In this document: positions 1 to 9,970 of the stretch, one piece after another
How positions within the stretch are numbered: position 1 is the stretch's first letter
Layout of the letters: each line of letters starts with the position of its first letter
Assembly (NCBI GenBank): GCA_963788055.1
Contig: CAWBFA010000005.1
Span: 233,783 to 297,782 of the forward strand
Direction of reading: 5' to 3'
DNA: 64,000 nucleotides
Source: an uncultured Actinomycetes bacterium
Lineage (GTDB): Bacteria; Actinomycetota; Thermoleophilia; Gaiellales; Gaiellaceae
The notes under the pieces: model-generated
Database searches by the model: none
Seen by the model: the letters and a program-made list of their open reading frames with translations, nothing else
What the model was told of the DNA's origin: nothing
Made by a program: the position numbers and the translations under genes

Positions 1-27
1 CGAAGAGCGGCTTCGTGATCGGGATCG

Positions 28-1365
28 TCACGCGCGCGAGCCTACCCGTGTGGCTCGGCGACCTCGGAGCTCGGTCACGAGGGCGTCGAGCGCGAACAGG
101 GCGAGGATCAGCGCGCCGACGCGTAGGCCGACCGCGACCTCGAGAGCGTGACGATCGACCTCGAGACCGCTCAGGTGGTACGCAACGAGTCCGTGCGGCA
201 CCGTCGACATCAAGACGACGATGGGGACGATCCACATCGTTGACGCGCGGAATCGAAATGCCACTGCCGCGGCGAAGACCGCGATGAAGAGGACCAATGC
301 GAGCGCGCTTCTCTTCCCGTGCACGAAGACGGCGTCGTCAACCACGCGAGGAAGTGGGATAGCGCGATCGGCGGCGTTGTCGTTGTAGATCCGGAGGTCC
401 GGGTCGAGCAGAGCGGAGGCGCTGTCCGCGCTCGAAAAGGGTGTCGTCTGCGATCCAAAGAAGGGATCACCGAACGTATATGCGGGATGATCGACCAGAT
501 ACCGCGCGTACACGCGACGCGCATCGGCGTCCCGCCAGCGGGGGCCGAGCCGGGCCTCGAAGTAGTCCTCCATCTCCCGATCTGCGGCAACCCGATTGAG
601 CAGGATGTCTCGCATCGGCTGGTACCAGCGAACTCCCTCGTTGGCCGACGCCACGCTGAGCAGCACGAGGACCAGATTCCCGGCGGCCAACGCCGCCTTG
701 TACCCCCTTCCCGAGGGTCGATAGGCGAGCGAGGCCAAGACGGCGACCGCGACGAAGAGGATGACGTACGCGTGCGAATCACGGACGAACACCCACAACA
801 GCGTCGCACCGAGCACGGCGGCGACGCTCGACCAGCCCGGCACTCGGACGAACCAGATCCACGCGGCGACCAGGAGGGCGCCCAGGGAGAGTGAGACGGA
901 CTCGCTGAGCAGGAGCGGGTCCCAGAGGATGATCTCCGTCGTCGCACTGAAGAGGAGGACGAGCGAGAAGGCGAGGCGGCGGACGAACCTCTGGCGGATG
1001 GCGGTTGCGACCGCTGCCGCAAGCGCCAGCCACGCCACGATCGACAGCGTGAGCTGGGCGACGATCCGCACGTGGTCGTCGCCGAAGAGCTTCCAGAGCG
1101 TCGGTACGGTGAACGGTCGGCCACCGGCCCAGAAGTCGGCGCTCAGGAGCGACATCGCGCTCACCTGCTCGTAGGTCGGCGTGTCCGTAAGGCGAACCGG
1201 CGTGTCGACGAAGCTGCCCGCGCGGAAGAGCAGGTACACCCCGACGGCTCCAAGGTAGAACGCGGCCTGAGGCTGGCCGAGAACGCTGAACAGCCATCGG
1301 ATCCCGTTCGGCGGTACGCCAGCGATGGAGGCGGCGTTCGGGCGACGTCCCGGCGACGTCGGCAT
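28..1365 (-). CDS. polytopic membrane protein, possible GT-C-type glycan-modifying enzyme
   Basis: Protein-like C-terminal 445 codons of ORF 28..1797. The ATG at 1365..1363 lies 10 nt after the stop of the upstream GT4 gene. Many hydrophobic helices (AFYLGAVGVYLLF, LTLSIVAWLALAAAVA, LLVAAWIWFV) are followed by a soluble tail. The ORF part upstream of 1365 is Arg/Ser-rich and overlaps the GT4 gene. Confidence 0.6.
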   Translation of the reverse strand: MPTSPGRRPNAASIAGVPPNGIRWLFSVLGQPQAAFYLGAVGVYLLFRAGSFVDTPVRLTDTPTYEQVSAMSLLSADFWAGGRPFTVPTLWKLFGDDHVRIVAQLTLSIVAWLALAAAVATAIRQRFVRRLAFSLVLLFSATTEIILWDPLLLSESVSLSLGALLVAAWIWFVRVPGWSSVAAVLGATLLWVFVRDSHAYVILFVAVAVLASLAYRPSGRGYKAALAAGNLVLVLLSVASANEGVRWYQPMRDILLNRVAADREMEDYFEARLGPRWRDADARRVYARYLVDHPAYTFGDPFFGSQTTPFSSADSASALLDPDLRIYNDNAADRAIPLPRVVDDAVFVHGKRSALALVLFIAVFAAAVAFRFRASTMWIVPIVVLMSTVPHGLVAYHLSGLEVDRHALEVAVGLRVGALILALFALDALVTELRGRRATRVGSRA

Positions 1366-1375
1366 GGGCGAGAGG

Positions 1376-2401
1376 CTAACGAGCCGTGGGGGAGGCGGCG
1401 AGCGCATCAGCGTAGGCGGCGAGCGTGGAACTCGTGACGGCTTCCCACGACAGGCGTTTCTGCACCCGAGCGCGGCCCGCTTCACCCATCCGGCGCCGTA
1501 GGCCCGAGTCGCGCAGCAGCCGCTGAAGCGCGCGCCGGAGCGCGTCGACGTCGCCGGGGAGAACCAGGACACCTGTCTCGCCGTCGACAACGAGGTCGAG
1601 CAGGCCGCCGACCGCGCTCGCGACCACCGGGCGACCGTGTGCCATCGCCTCCGCGCACACCACCCCGAAGCCCTCGCGATGGGACGGGCAGGCGACGACG
1701 GCGGCGCGCGCGTAGAGCGTTTCCAGCTCCTCGTGCGCGACGAACCCGAGGGCGCCCCGGACTCGGCCCCGCAGCGGCCCGTCACCCGCCACGACAAGCG
1801 GAAGGTCGTCGGCCGCCGCGACGAGCTCGAGCACGCCCTTCTCCTGCGAGAGCCGACCGGCGTACAGCACGAACGGCGGCTCGTCCTCGTCGCCGATCGT
1901 CGCGGAGACGTCGACCCCGCTCGGGATCACACGGACGTCGCGGGCGCCGAGCGCGCGTGCCTCCGCTGAGAGCGCGCTCGAAGCCGCGACCACCACCCGC
2001 GCGCGACGGAGGATCGGTCGGGCGAGCCACGGCGCTCTCCGGGCGAGCTCGACGTCGGTCCCCCAGACTTGCGCGACCACGGGTCTTCGAGTCAACAGCC
2101 CGACCGCGGCCGAGGGGAGCCAATGAGCATGGACGAGATCGACCCCGCGCGCGGCACGCACGGCCGCGACCGCGAAGGAGAGCAGGAAGGCCGGCAGCAG
2201 CAGCGCGAGCCAGGGGCGACGCCGAAGGTTCCCGACGATCCCCGAGCCGTACGCAAGGCCGAAATGCGAAAAGTCGGCGGGCGACACGACCTGGACCTCG
2301 ACGCCGCGCCCGCGCAGCCGCTCGACGGCGTCGGCGATGAACAGCCCGGCCACGTCACGGGGGCCGCGGGGATAGGACGTCGTCAGGACGAGAACTCGCA
2401 T
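1376..2401 (-). CDS. glycosyltransferase family 4 (GT-B fold)
   Basis: 341-aa ORF. N-terminus MRVLVLTTSYP. C-terminal GT4 signature EGFGVVCAEAMAHGRPVVASAVGGLLDLV. Confidence 0.85.
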   Translation of the reverse strand: MRVLVLTTSYPRGPRDVAGLFIADAVERLRGRGVEVQVVSPADFSHFGLAYGSGIVGNLRRRPWLALLLPAFLLSFAVAAVRAARGVDLVHAHWLPSAAVGLLTRRPVVAQVWGTDVELARRAPWLARPILRRARVVVAASSALSAEARALGARDVRVIPSGVDVSATIGDEDEPPFVLYAGRLSQEKGVLELVAAADDLPLVVAGDGPLRGRVRGALGFVAHEELETLYARAAVVACPSHREGFGVVCAEAMAHGRPVVASAVGGLLDLVVDGETGVLVLPGDVDALRRALQRLLRDSGLRRRMGEAGRARVQKRLSWEAVTSSTLAAYADALAASPTAR

Positions 2402-3902
2402 GGTGGGTCATTCTGCTCGACTACCATCGGTCAGCCTCATGGCCACCGCAGTCGCCCCGCAGGAGCGCGTGACGGCGGACCCCTACGCGGAGCTGGCGGA
2501 GTTCTTCGACCGGTTCGCGAGCGAGGAGTCCCGCTGGAAGCGCCGCAACGGCACGTATCACCGGCTGATTGCCCAGCTGATGCGCTTCCACGTGCCCGAG
2601 AACGCTCGCGTGCTAGAGATCGGCTCGGGCTCGGGTGACCTGCTCGCCGCGCTGAAGCCGAGCGTCGGCGTCGGCGTGGACGTCTCGCAGGGAATGGTCG
2701 AGCGCGCCCGGGAAGCGCATCCGCAGCTCCGCTTCGAGCGGGTCCCCGGCGAGGAGCTCGAGCTCGGCGAGACGTTCGACTACATCGTCCTCTCGGATCT
2801 GATGCCGTACGTCGACGACCTGCTCGAGCTCTTCCATCGCGTCGCCCAGCACTCACACGGTCGCACCCGCGTGATCGTCAACTCCTACAGCCGTGTCTGG
2901 CGGCCGGTGTTCCGGCTCGCGGAGCTCTTGCGCCTGAAACCGCGCAAGCCGCTGCGCAACTGGGTCGCGCCGCACGACGTCGTGAATCTGCTCGAGCTCG
3001 CGGGGTTCGAGCCGGTGCTCTCGCGGACGCGGATCCTCTTCCCGAAGCAGATTCCGTTCCTGACGACGTTCCTGAACGGCTTCGTCGGCAGCCTGCCGCT
3101 GATCAACCTGTTCGCGCTCACCAACTGGATCGTGGCGCGCCCCTTGCCGCGAGAGCTCGACGAGACGAGCGTCTCGATCGTCTGCGCGTGCAGGAACGAG
3201 CAGGGCCACATCGCCGAGCTGATCGACCGCGTACCGGACTTCGGCGTGCCCACGGAGCTCATCTTCGTCGAGGGCAACTCGACCGACGACACGCGCGGCG
3301 AGATCTTGCGGCAGATCGAAGCGCATCCCGAGCTCGACCTCCGCTTCGTGCCGCAGACCGGCAAGGGGAAGGGCGATGCCGTTCGCACGGGCTTCGCCTC
3401 GGCGAAGCACGACGTGCTGATGATCCTGGACGGCGACCTCAGCGTCCTTCCGGAGGACCTGCCCAAGTTCCACCGCGGTCTCGTCGACGGTCGCGCGGAG
3501 CTCGTGAACGGCTCACGGCTCGTCTACGACATGGAGCCCGGCGCGATGCGCTTCCTGAACATGATCGGGAACCGGATCTTCGCCCGGCTGCTCAAGGGGA
3601 TCATGGGCCAGCAGGTGAAGGACACGTTGTGCGGGACGAAGGCCCTGTTGAAGCGTGACTACGACCGGATCGCCGCGGGACGGTCCTACTTCGGCGAGTT
3701 CGACCCGTTCGGCGACTTCGACCTGCTCTTCGGAGCCGCGCGGCTCGGCCTGAAGATCGTCGACCTGCCTGTGCGCTATCACCCGCGCACGTACGGGACG
3801 ACGAACATCAGCCGCTGGCGCCACGGCGTGCTGCTCCTCCAGATGACGCTCTTCGCGTTTTGGAAGTTCAGAGTCGCACCGCTGACGCGCCGCGGGTTCT
3901 GA
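2400..3902 (+). CDS. fused class I SAM-dependent methyltransferase / GT2 glycosyltransferase
   Basis: 500-aa ORF. N-terminal half has the SAM motif VLEIGSGSGDLL. C-terminal half has GT-A features (VSIVCACRNE, FVEGNSTDDT, ILDGDLS) and a terminal hydrophobic helix. Alternative start ATG at 2439. Confidence 0.8.
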   Translation: MVGHSARLPSVSLMATAVAPQERVTADPYAELAEFFDRFASEESRWKRRNGTYHRLIAQLMRFHVPENARVLEIGSGSGDLLAALKPSVGVGVDVSQGMVERAREAHPQLRFERVPGEELELGETFDYIVLSDLMPYVDDLLELFHRVAQHSHGRTRVIVNSYSRVWRPVFRLAELLRLKPRKPLRNWVAPHDVVNLLELAGFEPVLSRTRILFPKQIPFLTTFLNGFVGSLPLINLFALTNWIVARPLPRELDETSVSIVCACRNEQGHIAELIDRVPDFGVPTELIFVEGNSTDDTRGEILRQIEAHPELDLRFVPQTGKGKGDAVRTGFASAKHDVLMILDGDLSVLPEDLPKFHRGLVDGRAELVNGSRLVYDMEPGAMRFLNMIGNRIFARLLKGIMGQQVKDTLCGTKALLKRDYDRIAAGRSYFGEFDPFGDFDLLFGAARLGLKIVDLPVRYHPRTYGTTNISRWRHGVLLLQMTLFAFWKFRVAPLTRRGF

Positions 3903-3913
3903 GCAGTCGCGCC

Positions 3914-5659
3914 GTGCGGGTCTGGGCGCAGCGGTGGGCTGTGGCGCTCGCGACGGTTCTGACACTCGCTGCCGTTGCCGCGGACGCGCAACCACTCAGG
4001 TCGCCGTGGTGGACATACGCCGACGCTGACGCAACGTACACCGCCTCCGGGCTGAACTTGATGCTCGGAGAGGAAGTGACGTTCGTCGACCACCCCGGGC
4101 TGCCGATCACCGAGGCCGTCGCGGTCGCGTCGGGTATCGACGCGCTCGTGACGGAAGGAAGCCTCTCGCAGCAGGCACGTCTGCGCTACGTCGACCGTAC
4201 GCTGCTCGACCTCGACAGCGCGCGCTGGCTCTTCCGCGGCTTCGCGGTCGCGTTTTACCTCCTCGGGGCGCTGCTCGCGTTCGTGCTCGCGGCGCGCCTG
4301 TTCGGGCACTGGACCTGGGGCTTCGCGAACGGCCTCCTCTGGCTTGCAGCGCCGGGGTTGGTGGCGATGTCGATCCAGCTCCGCCCCGACGTCCTGCTCG
4401 CGGCGCTCTGTCTCGTGTTCGGGTTCGCGATCGCACGCGCCGTCGAGCGCCGGTCCGTCGGCTGGTACGCCGCCGCCGCGCTGGTCATCGGCTTCGCAAC
4501 CATGGTGAAGCTGCACGCGCTTGCGCTCCTGCTCCCGCTGGTCGTCGCCGCGCTCTGGCGGCCGCCGGCGGAGCGGGCCCTGCCCGAGGCGCTGGAACAA
4601 ACGCGAAGCTTCGTGCACGCGCACCGCGTCGCCATCGGGTCGATCGCCTGGCTCTGGATCGCGCTCGCGATCGTCCTCAACTGGGAGCGGTTTCCGTTCC
4701 ACCCGAGCTCGACGCAGCTCGCCGTGACGCTCGTCCTGCTCGCGGTCGGCCTCGCTGCTGTGGGGCTGGCCGAGGCTGCCGCGAGGTTCCGCGCGCCTCG
4801 GCTCGTGCGGCGGTTCGCGAGCCGCTTCCATGCCCTGCTCGTCGTCTCCGTCATCGGCGGGCTGCTCATCCCGGTCACGCTCGACGTGCAGGACGGAACT
4901 CGCGCGCTCCTCTACATCGTGCGAAACATGAGCGGCCGAGGCGTTCAGGAAGGGATCGACCCCTTCTCGACGCCGCTCTCCGCGCTCGACGGAATCGTGG
5001 GCACGCCGGTGGTGTTCGTCTTCCTGCTGGCCCTGCTGGCCGGGCTCGTCGGCGTGGTCCGCCGCGAGCCGGTGCCCGTCGTATGGGCCGTGGCCGCGCT
5101 CGCGGCGGGGGTGTTCGCATACGCGCGTCCGCCGAACGTCCACTATTTCGCCCCCGCGTTCGTCTTCTCCGCTCTGGCGTTGCTCTGGCTGTTGCAGCGC
5201 GAGCCGCGCGCGCGGATGCCGCTGCTCGCGTGGGTGCTCGTCCTCTACATCGTCTGGCCGGCATGGGACAACCGGCTCAACGCGACGGCGGAGCAGGAGC
5301 GATTCGCCTCCAGCGTTGCGAGCGCGAAGCGATACGTCGACGCGCGCCTCGGTCCGGGCGAGTTCGCGCTCGTGCCGTCCTACTGGCCGTTCGCTGACTC
5401 ACGCTACTTCGAGCTGGTCCAGATCTACGTCCAACACTCGCCGGAGTACCCGTACCGATACCTGCCGGCCACGGCGGCGGTGCGTGCGTACGAGCAGTCG
5501 CGGCAGATGCGCCCGAGGTTCTACATCGGACCGCTAGCGTCGGACCTCACCGTCGGGACGCAGGTCGAGCTCGGCGACCTCGGCCGGTATACCATCGTCC
5601 CGCGTGAAGGGCTCGTCGCCGAGATCGTCGCCGGTCCCGGCGTGACGGAGCCCTGGTGA
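3914..5659 (+). CDS. large polytopic membrane protein, putative GT-C (ArnT/PMT-like) glycosyltransferase
   Basis: Protein-like part of ORF 3860..5659. In-frame GTG at 3914 lies just after the stop (3902) of the preceding gene. More than 10 hydrophobic segments, then a soluble C-terminal domain. The family call is by architecture only. Confidence 0.55.
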   Translation: MRVWAQRWAVALATVLTLAAVAADAQPLRSPWWTYADADATYTASGLNLMLGEEVTFVDHPGLPITEAVAVASGIDALVTEGSLSQQARLRYVDRTLLDLDSARWLFRGFAVAFYLLGALLAFVLAARLFGHWTWGFANGLLWLAAPGLVAMSIQLRPDVLLAALCLVFGFAIARAVERRSVGWYAAAALVIGFATMVKLHALALLLPLVVAALWRPPAERALPEALEQTRSFVHAHRVAIGSIAWLWIALAIVLNWERFPFHPSSTQLAVTLVLLAVGLAAVGLAEAAARFRAPRLVRRFASRFHALLVVSVIGGLLIPVTLDVQDGTRALLYIVRNMSGRGVQEGIDPFSTPLSALDGIVGTPVVFVFLLALLAGLVGVVRREPVPVVWAVAALAAGVFAYARPPNVHYFAPAFVFSALALLWLLQREPRARMPLLAWVLVLYIVWPAWDNRLNATAEQERFASSVASAKRYVDARLGPGEFALVPSYWPFADSRYFELVQIYVQHSPEYPYRYLPATAAVRAYEQSRQMRPRFYIGPLASDLTVGTQVELGDLGRYTIVPREGLVAEIVAGPGVTEPW

Positions 5660-6387
5660 GCGCCGATCGCTACGCCGCCGAACGGCAGCAGGGAGAGCGC
5701 TTCGCCGCCGAGGGCCTGGAGCACGCCTGGGGGTGGTCGAGCGCCGCGGGCCGCATTCGCGCAGACCGCCGCGGCCGATTCCTCGTCGACGCGACCGGTC
5801 TACGGCCCGGCGTGCGTTGCCTAGAGCTCGGGTGCGGCTCCGGCGAGTTCACCGCCCGCCTCGTCGAGTCCGGCTGCGAGCTGACGGCCGTCGACATCAG
5901 CGAAGCGAGCGTCGCGCGCTGCCGCGAACGCGTGGGCGATCGCGCCGAGGTCGTCGTCGGCAACATCGAGACGGGTGAAGGCCTCGAGGGACGTGAGTTC
6001 GACGCTATCGTCGGGGTCAGCGTCCTGCACCACCTCGACCTCGACGCGTGCTTCGCGCACACGTTCACGCACCTGCAACCCGGCGGGCGCTTCGCCTTCA
6101 GCGAGCCGAACCTCGCCAACCCGCAGGTGTGGGCCGAGCGCTCGATCGGGCTCGTCAAGAAGTTACGACACGTGACGCCGCACGAGACTGCCTTTCTGGC
6201 CGGCGACCTGCGCGCGCAGTTCGAAGCCGCCGGCCTCGAGGTCGAGCTCTGCAGGCCGTTCGAGTTCCTGCACCCCGCCACGCCGCGCGCGCTGATTGGC
6301 GCCGTGGGCGCGCTCGAGCGGCTGGCGGAGCGGACGCCGCTACGCGCGATCGCCGGCTCGATCGCGGTCGCCGGCCGTCGCCCGTGA
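5656..6387 (+). CDS. class I SAM-dependent methyltransferase
   Basis: 243-aa ORF with SAM-binding motif VRCLELGCGSGEFTARLVESGCELTAVDISE. Its start overlaps the previous stop by 4 nt. Confidence 0.85.
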   Translation: MSADRYAAERQQGERFAAEGLEHAWGWSSAAGRIRADRRGRFLVDATGLRPGVRCLELGCGSGEFTARLVESGCELTAVDISEASVARCRERVGDRAEVVVGNIETGEGLEGREFDAIVGVSVLHHLDLDACFAHTFTHLQPGGRFAFSEPNLANPQVWAERSIGLVKKLRHVTPHETAFLAGDLRAQFEAAGLEVELCRPFEFLHPATPRALIGAVGALERLAERTPLRAIAGSIAVAGRRP

Positions 6388-7620
6388 CGCCATCGCCGGC
6401 AGCGCAAGCGCGAAGATCGCGAGCACGTAGAAGTAGTAGAACTGCATCGTCAGGTAGAAGAGGTTCGCCGCCATCGTGCCCGCGAGCGCAGCGGTGAGCC
6501 CCCACGCCAGCTGCGGCTCGAGCGGCCGGGCGTCGCGCAGGCGGCGGAAGAGCCAGACGAGGAAAGCCCCGAAGAGCAGCGTGCCGACGAGTCCGGTCTC
6601 GACGAGCAGCGCGACGTAGAACGAGTGCGGCCCCCAGTTCTCCTTCCCCGTCGCGAACTGGTAGTAGACGGAGAAGTTGTTCAGGCCGAGCCCGAAGAGC
6701 GGGTGGGTCGCGAGCACGTCGGGGATGAAGCCGTAGACGTCGAAGTGCGCGGAGGTCGACGCGTCGCCGGTTGCAATGCGTGAGCGGATCACCTCGACGA
6801 AGAAGTCGGCGCGGCGTGACACGATCCACGCGATGAACGCCGCCACCACTGCAACAGGGACGGCGATCGCGCGCGAGAGCAGCTCGCCGCGGTACTGCGC
6901 GAGCAGCACGAGGAATCCGACGCCGAGCCCGACGAGCCCGCTGCGCGAGAGCGTCGCAAGCTCGACGACGAGCAGAAAGCCGAGGAGCGCCGCAAGCCAC
7001 GGGGAGCGATTGCGCAGGTACACGGGCGTCAGGGCGAGCAGCGGAACGAGCAGCATGATCCCGAGATGGTTCGGGTCGCCGGTCAGCGCGTTCGGGCGGT
7101 AGACGCTCTGCTCGCCGCCGACCGAGCCGTAGACGTTGATCTGGCTCGCGCCCCTCGTCAGCGGGCTCAGCAAGAGCGTGTCGAGGTTGACCCCGGCGCG
7201 CGCGAGGACGAGTTGCACGATCCCATAGCAAGCGTTGGCGGCGATCCCCGCGACGAAGACGCTGAACGCGGTGAGCGCGAAGCGCCGGCCGTGCCGGATC
7301 AGGTACGCGACACCCGCCGCGAGAAAGCCGAAGTGGAGCCCGAACTTGTACATGCCTTTGGCAAATTGCGCGATCCCCTGCGTCGTGTCGAGGTTGAAGA
7401 AACCGACGAGGTAGACGGCGAGGAACGCGAGTCCGAATGCGAGCGCGAGCACCGCGGTGTGCGCGAGCTTCCAGTCGCCCGCCGCGACGCGGTCGACGAC
7501 GAACGACGCGAGAAAGAGCGCGGTCAGGACGTCGGCGAGCGTCAGCGTGCCTCCCACGGACCAGTGCACCTTCTCGAAGGTCACCGAGAACACGGTCGCG
7601 AGGAAGAGGAAGCGGGTCAC
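6340..7620 (-). CDS. O-antigen ligase / Wzy-like polymerase family membrane protein
   Basis: 426-aa ORF with about 10-12 TM segments and a Wzy_C-like loop region (ELATLSRSGLVGLGVGFLVLL ... ATHPLFGLGLNNF). Confidence 0.75.
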   Translation of the reverse strand: MTRFLFLATVFSVTFEKVHWSVGGTLTLADVLTALFLASFVVDRVAAGDWKLAHTAVLALAFGLAFLAVYLVGFFNLDTTQGIAQFAKGMYKFGLHFGFLAAGVAYLIRHGRRFALTAFSVFVAGIAANACYGIVQLVLARAGVNLDTLLLSPLTRGASQINVYGSVGGEQSVYRPNALTGDPNHLGIMLLVPLLALTPVYLRNRSPWLAALLGFLLVVELATLSRSGLVGLGVGFLVLLAQYRGELLSRAIAVPVAVVAAFIAWIVSRRADFFVEVIRSRIATGDASTSAHFDVYGFIPDVLATHPLFGLGLNNFSVYYQFATGKENWGPHSFYVALLVETGLVGTLLFGAFLVWLFRRLRDARPLEPQLAWGLTAALAGTMAANLFYLTMQFYYFYVLAIFALALPAMASRATAGDRDRAGDRA

Positions 7621-8870
7621 GACGCGAGCTCCCTGAGCACGCGCGCGAGCTCCTCTGCGCGCGTGCGGCGGTCGAGCTTCGTGCGCACCTCGGGCGGGAG
7701 GGGCGTCCCCACGAGGGAACCTGCCTTCCAGCGCGTGTGGAGGTCTCGAAGCGCGGCCTCGATCGCGTCGACGTCGTCTGGCGCGACGATCACGCCTGCC
7801 TCGGCGTCACGCACGAACGCCGCGGTCGCTCCGTCGGGCGGCACGGCCGCGATGATCGGCCGCTCGGCCGCGAGATACTCGAACACCTTTGCGGCGATCA
7901 CGCCCGATCCGCGCCCCGGCACCTCGGGCATCAGCAACAGGTTCGCCTCGGAGTCGCGCTGGAGCGCGAGCGATTCCCGGCGAGGGACGTACGGGTGCAG
8001 CTCGAGCCGGTCGCCGAGCCCGAGCCCTTCGGCCCACTCGCGGTCGGCCTGGCGGAAGTCGCCGACGAAGCGCGCGACGGAGTCGGCGAGGTCGGCGCGT
8101 GCGAACGCGGTCAGGAACGGCCGGGGATCACGCTTGCCGAACATCGCGCCGGCGTGCGTGATGCGAAAGCGCCCGTTCGCTCGGTACTCGAGCCCTGCAA
8201 AGTCGTCGAAGTCGGCGCCGTTCGAGATCACGCTCACCTCCCCCCGAGGGCCGAGCGAGCGGAGCTCCTCCGCGATGAAGTCCGAGACGGCGACCGATGC
8301 GTCGGCGTAGCGAGCGATCAGCCGCGCGACCGTCTCCTGCGTGCGCTCCTTCGCGCGCGCGGCGAGCCGCTCGACCGGACGGTCTGCGTTCCGCAGCATC
8401 GAGTCGCGCACGTCGGCGACCCACGTAACCCCCGTGAGGCGTTTCACCGCTGCGCCGATCAGGTGCACGGAGTTCGGCGGCGAGGTCGTGACGACCACGT
8501 CGATCCCCTCGGAGCGCACGACCCTGACCGCGGCCGGGATCGCGGTCGCGTTCCACGTGACGTTCTCGTCGGGGACGAGCACGCGCCGGTACGTGAGCAG
8601 CGCCATCCTCGCGGTGCGCTCGAGGGCGCCCGCGCCGTGCAGCTCCTCCGCGGGCCTGCGCCCCTTCGGGCCCACGTAGCGCGCGCGGTGTACCCACGCC
8701 TGCGTCGGCGAGGCCAGCTCGTCGTCTCGGTGGATCCACTTCGGATCGTCGGGCGCGAGCACGTGGGTCTCGATCCCGAGTGCAGGCAGATGGGTCGCGA
8801 ACTTCAGCGGGCGCTGCACACCGGCACCGCCCGCAGGCGGCCAGTACATCGTGACGAGCAGGACCTTCAC
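7617..8870 (-). CDS. glycosyltransferase family 4-like
   Basis: 417-aa ORF. N-terminus MKVLLVTMYWPPAGGAGVQRPLKFATHL is typical of GT-B sugar transferases. The stop overlaps the downstream Wzy-like start. Confidence 0.75.
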   Translation of the reverse strand: MKVLLVTMYWPPAGGAGVQRPLKFATHLPALGIETHVLAPDDPKWIHRDDELASPTQAWVHRARYVGPKGRRPAEELHGAGALERTARMALLTYRRVLVPDENVTWNATAIPAAVRVVRSEGIDVVVTTSPPNSVHLIGAAVKRLTGVTWVADVRDSMLRNADRPVERLAARAKERTQETVARLIARYADASVAVSDFIAEELRSLGPRGEVSVISNGADFDDFAGLEYRANGRFRITHAGAMFGKRDPRPFLTAFARADLADSVARFVGDFRQADREWAEGLGLGDRLELHPYVPRRESLALQRDSEANLLLMPEVPGRGSGVIAAKVFEYLAAERPIIAAVPPDGATAAFVRDAEAGVIVAPDDVDAIEAALRDLHTRWKAGSLVGTPLPPEVRTKLDRRTRAEELARVLRELAS

Positions 8871-8871
8871 G

Positions 8872-9945
8872 TCAGCGGCGGAGCGCGCGCACGGCGTGCA
8901 CGACGGCGGGCTTCGGATCCCGCCACGACCAGGTCGCCTCGACGAACGGCGGCCGCGGCAGGACTGGCCGCTCGCCCGGCATCAGGAGGATCGCCCACTT
9001 GCGGCGACCGCCGTTCATCCGCACGGCCTCGACCGGCTGGCCCGTCAGGTCGCGGTAGGCGATCAGTGGCAGGTCGACCCCGCTCGCGCGGGCGAGCGAG
9101 TGCCATTGCCAGAGGCGCGGGTTCACCTCCATCAGCTTGAACGTCCCGTCACGGGGATCGCGCTTGAACTCGACCTGCGACAGCCCGTTGCAGCCGAGCG
9201 CGCGCAGCAGGTGCAGCCCGGCGTCGACGACCTCGTCCACCCAGACCGCCTCGGCGAGGCGCGCGGTGCCGATGCCGGGCGGTGTCTGGATGAGCTTGCG
9301 GCCGCAGAAGAGCCCAAGCGGCTCGAGCGACTCGCTCAGGTAGGCGCCGAGTGTGTAGAGCTCGTCGTCGCCGCCCGGGATCAGGTCCTGCACCATCGGC
9401 TCCCAGGGCTCGGTCTGCCGGTACGCGTCTTCGACCTCAGGTGCCGTCCGGCAGATCACTGCCTGCTTGCCGTAGCGCTGGCGGAAGCCGACCGGCTCCG
9501 ACGGCTTCAAGAGGACCGGGTAGCCGATCTCCTCGGCGGCCGCGACTGCTTCGGCCGCGCTCTCCGGGTAGCGGGTGTCCGGTGTGTGCAGCGCCGCGTC
9601 GAGCTGCACGCGCTTCTTCTGGAGGCGCTCGAGGTCGCGTGGGAACGGACACAGCAACTCGAGGGAGTCGCGGTGGCGGGCGATCGCGCGCAGGCCTTCG
9701 TCGTGGGTCGCGAACACGACGCCGGGGCCGAGGCCGCGGAGCACCTCGACGAAACCCTCCTCGTCCGTCAGCGGGCTTGGAGCCACGACCTTCGTCGCGT
9801 GGCGCGAGCGGAACCCGAGGGCGCTCGGCTTGTGGTCGACCGCGAACACGCGGATGCCGGCCCGTCGAAGCGACCGGATTGCGGAGAGGCCGTTGACGAA
9901 GCCTACGTCGACGACGATCGCCGGAGGCCGCACGTTCAAGAGCAT
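8872..9945 (-). CDS. ATP-grasp carboxylate-amine ligase (D-aspartate-ligase-like)
   Basis: Protein-like part of ORF 8872..10062 from the ATG at 9945. Motifs: YPVLLKPSEPVGF, SQVEFKRDPRDGTFKLMEVNPRLWQWH. Confidence 0.8.
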   Translation of the reverse strand: MLLNVRPPAIVVDVGFVNGLSAIRSLRRAGIRVFAVDHKPSALGFRSRHATKVVAPSPLTDEEGFVEVLRGLGPGVVFATHDEGLRAIARHRDSLELLCPFPRDLERLQKKRVQLDAALHTPDTRYPESAAEAVAAAEEIGYPVLLKPSEPVGFRQRYGKQAVICRTAPEVEDAYRQTEPWEPMVQDLIPGGDDELYTLGAYLSESLEPLGLFCGRKLIQTPPGIGTARLAEAVWVDEVVDAGLHLLRALGCNGLSQVEFKRDPRDGTFKLMEVNPRLWQWHSLARASGVDLPLIAYRDLTGQPVEAVRMNGGRRKWAILLMPGERPVLPRPPFVEATWSWRDPKPAVVHAVRALRR

Positions 9946-9970
9946 AGAGGCGCCCGCCGATATCCCTTCC

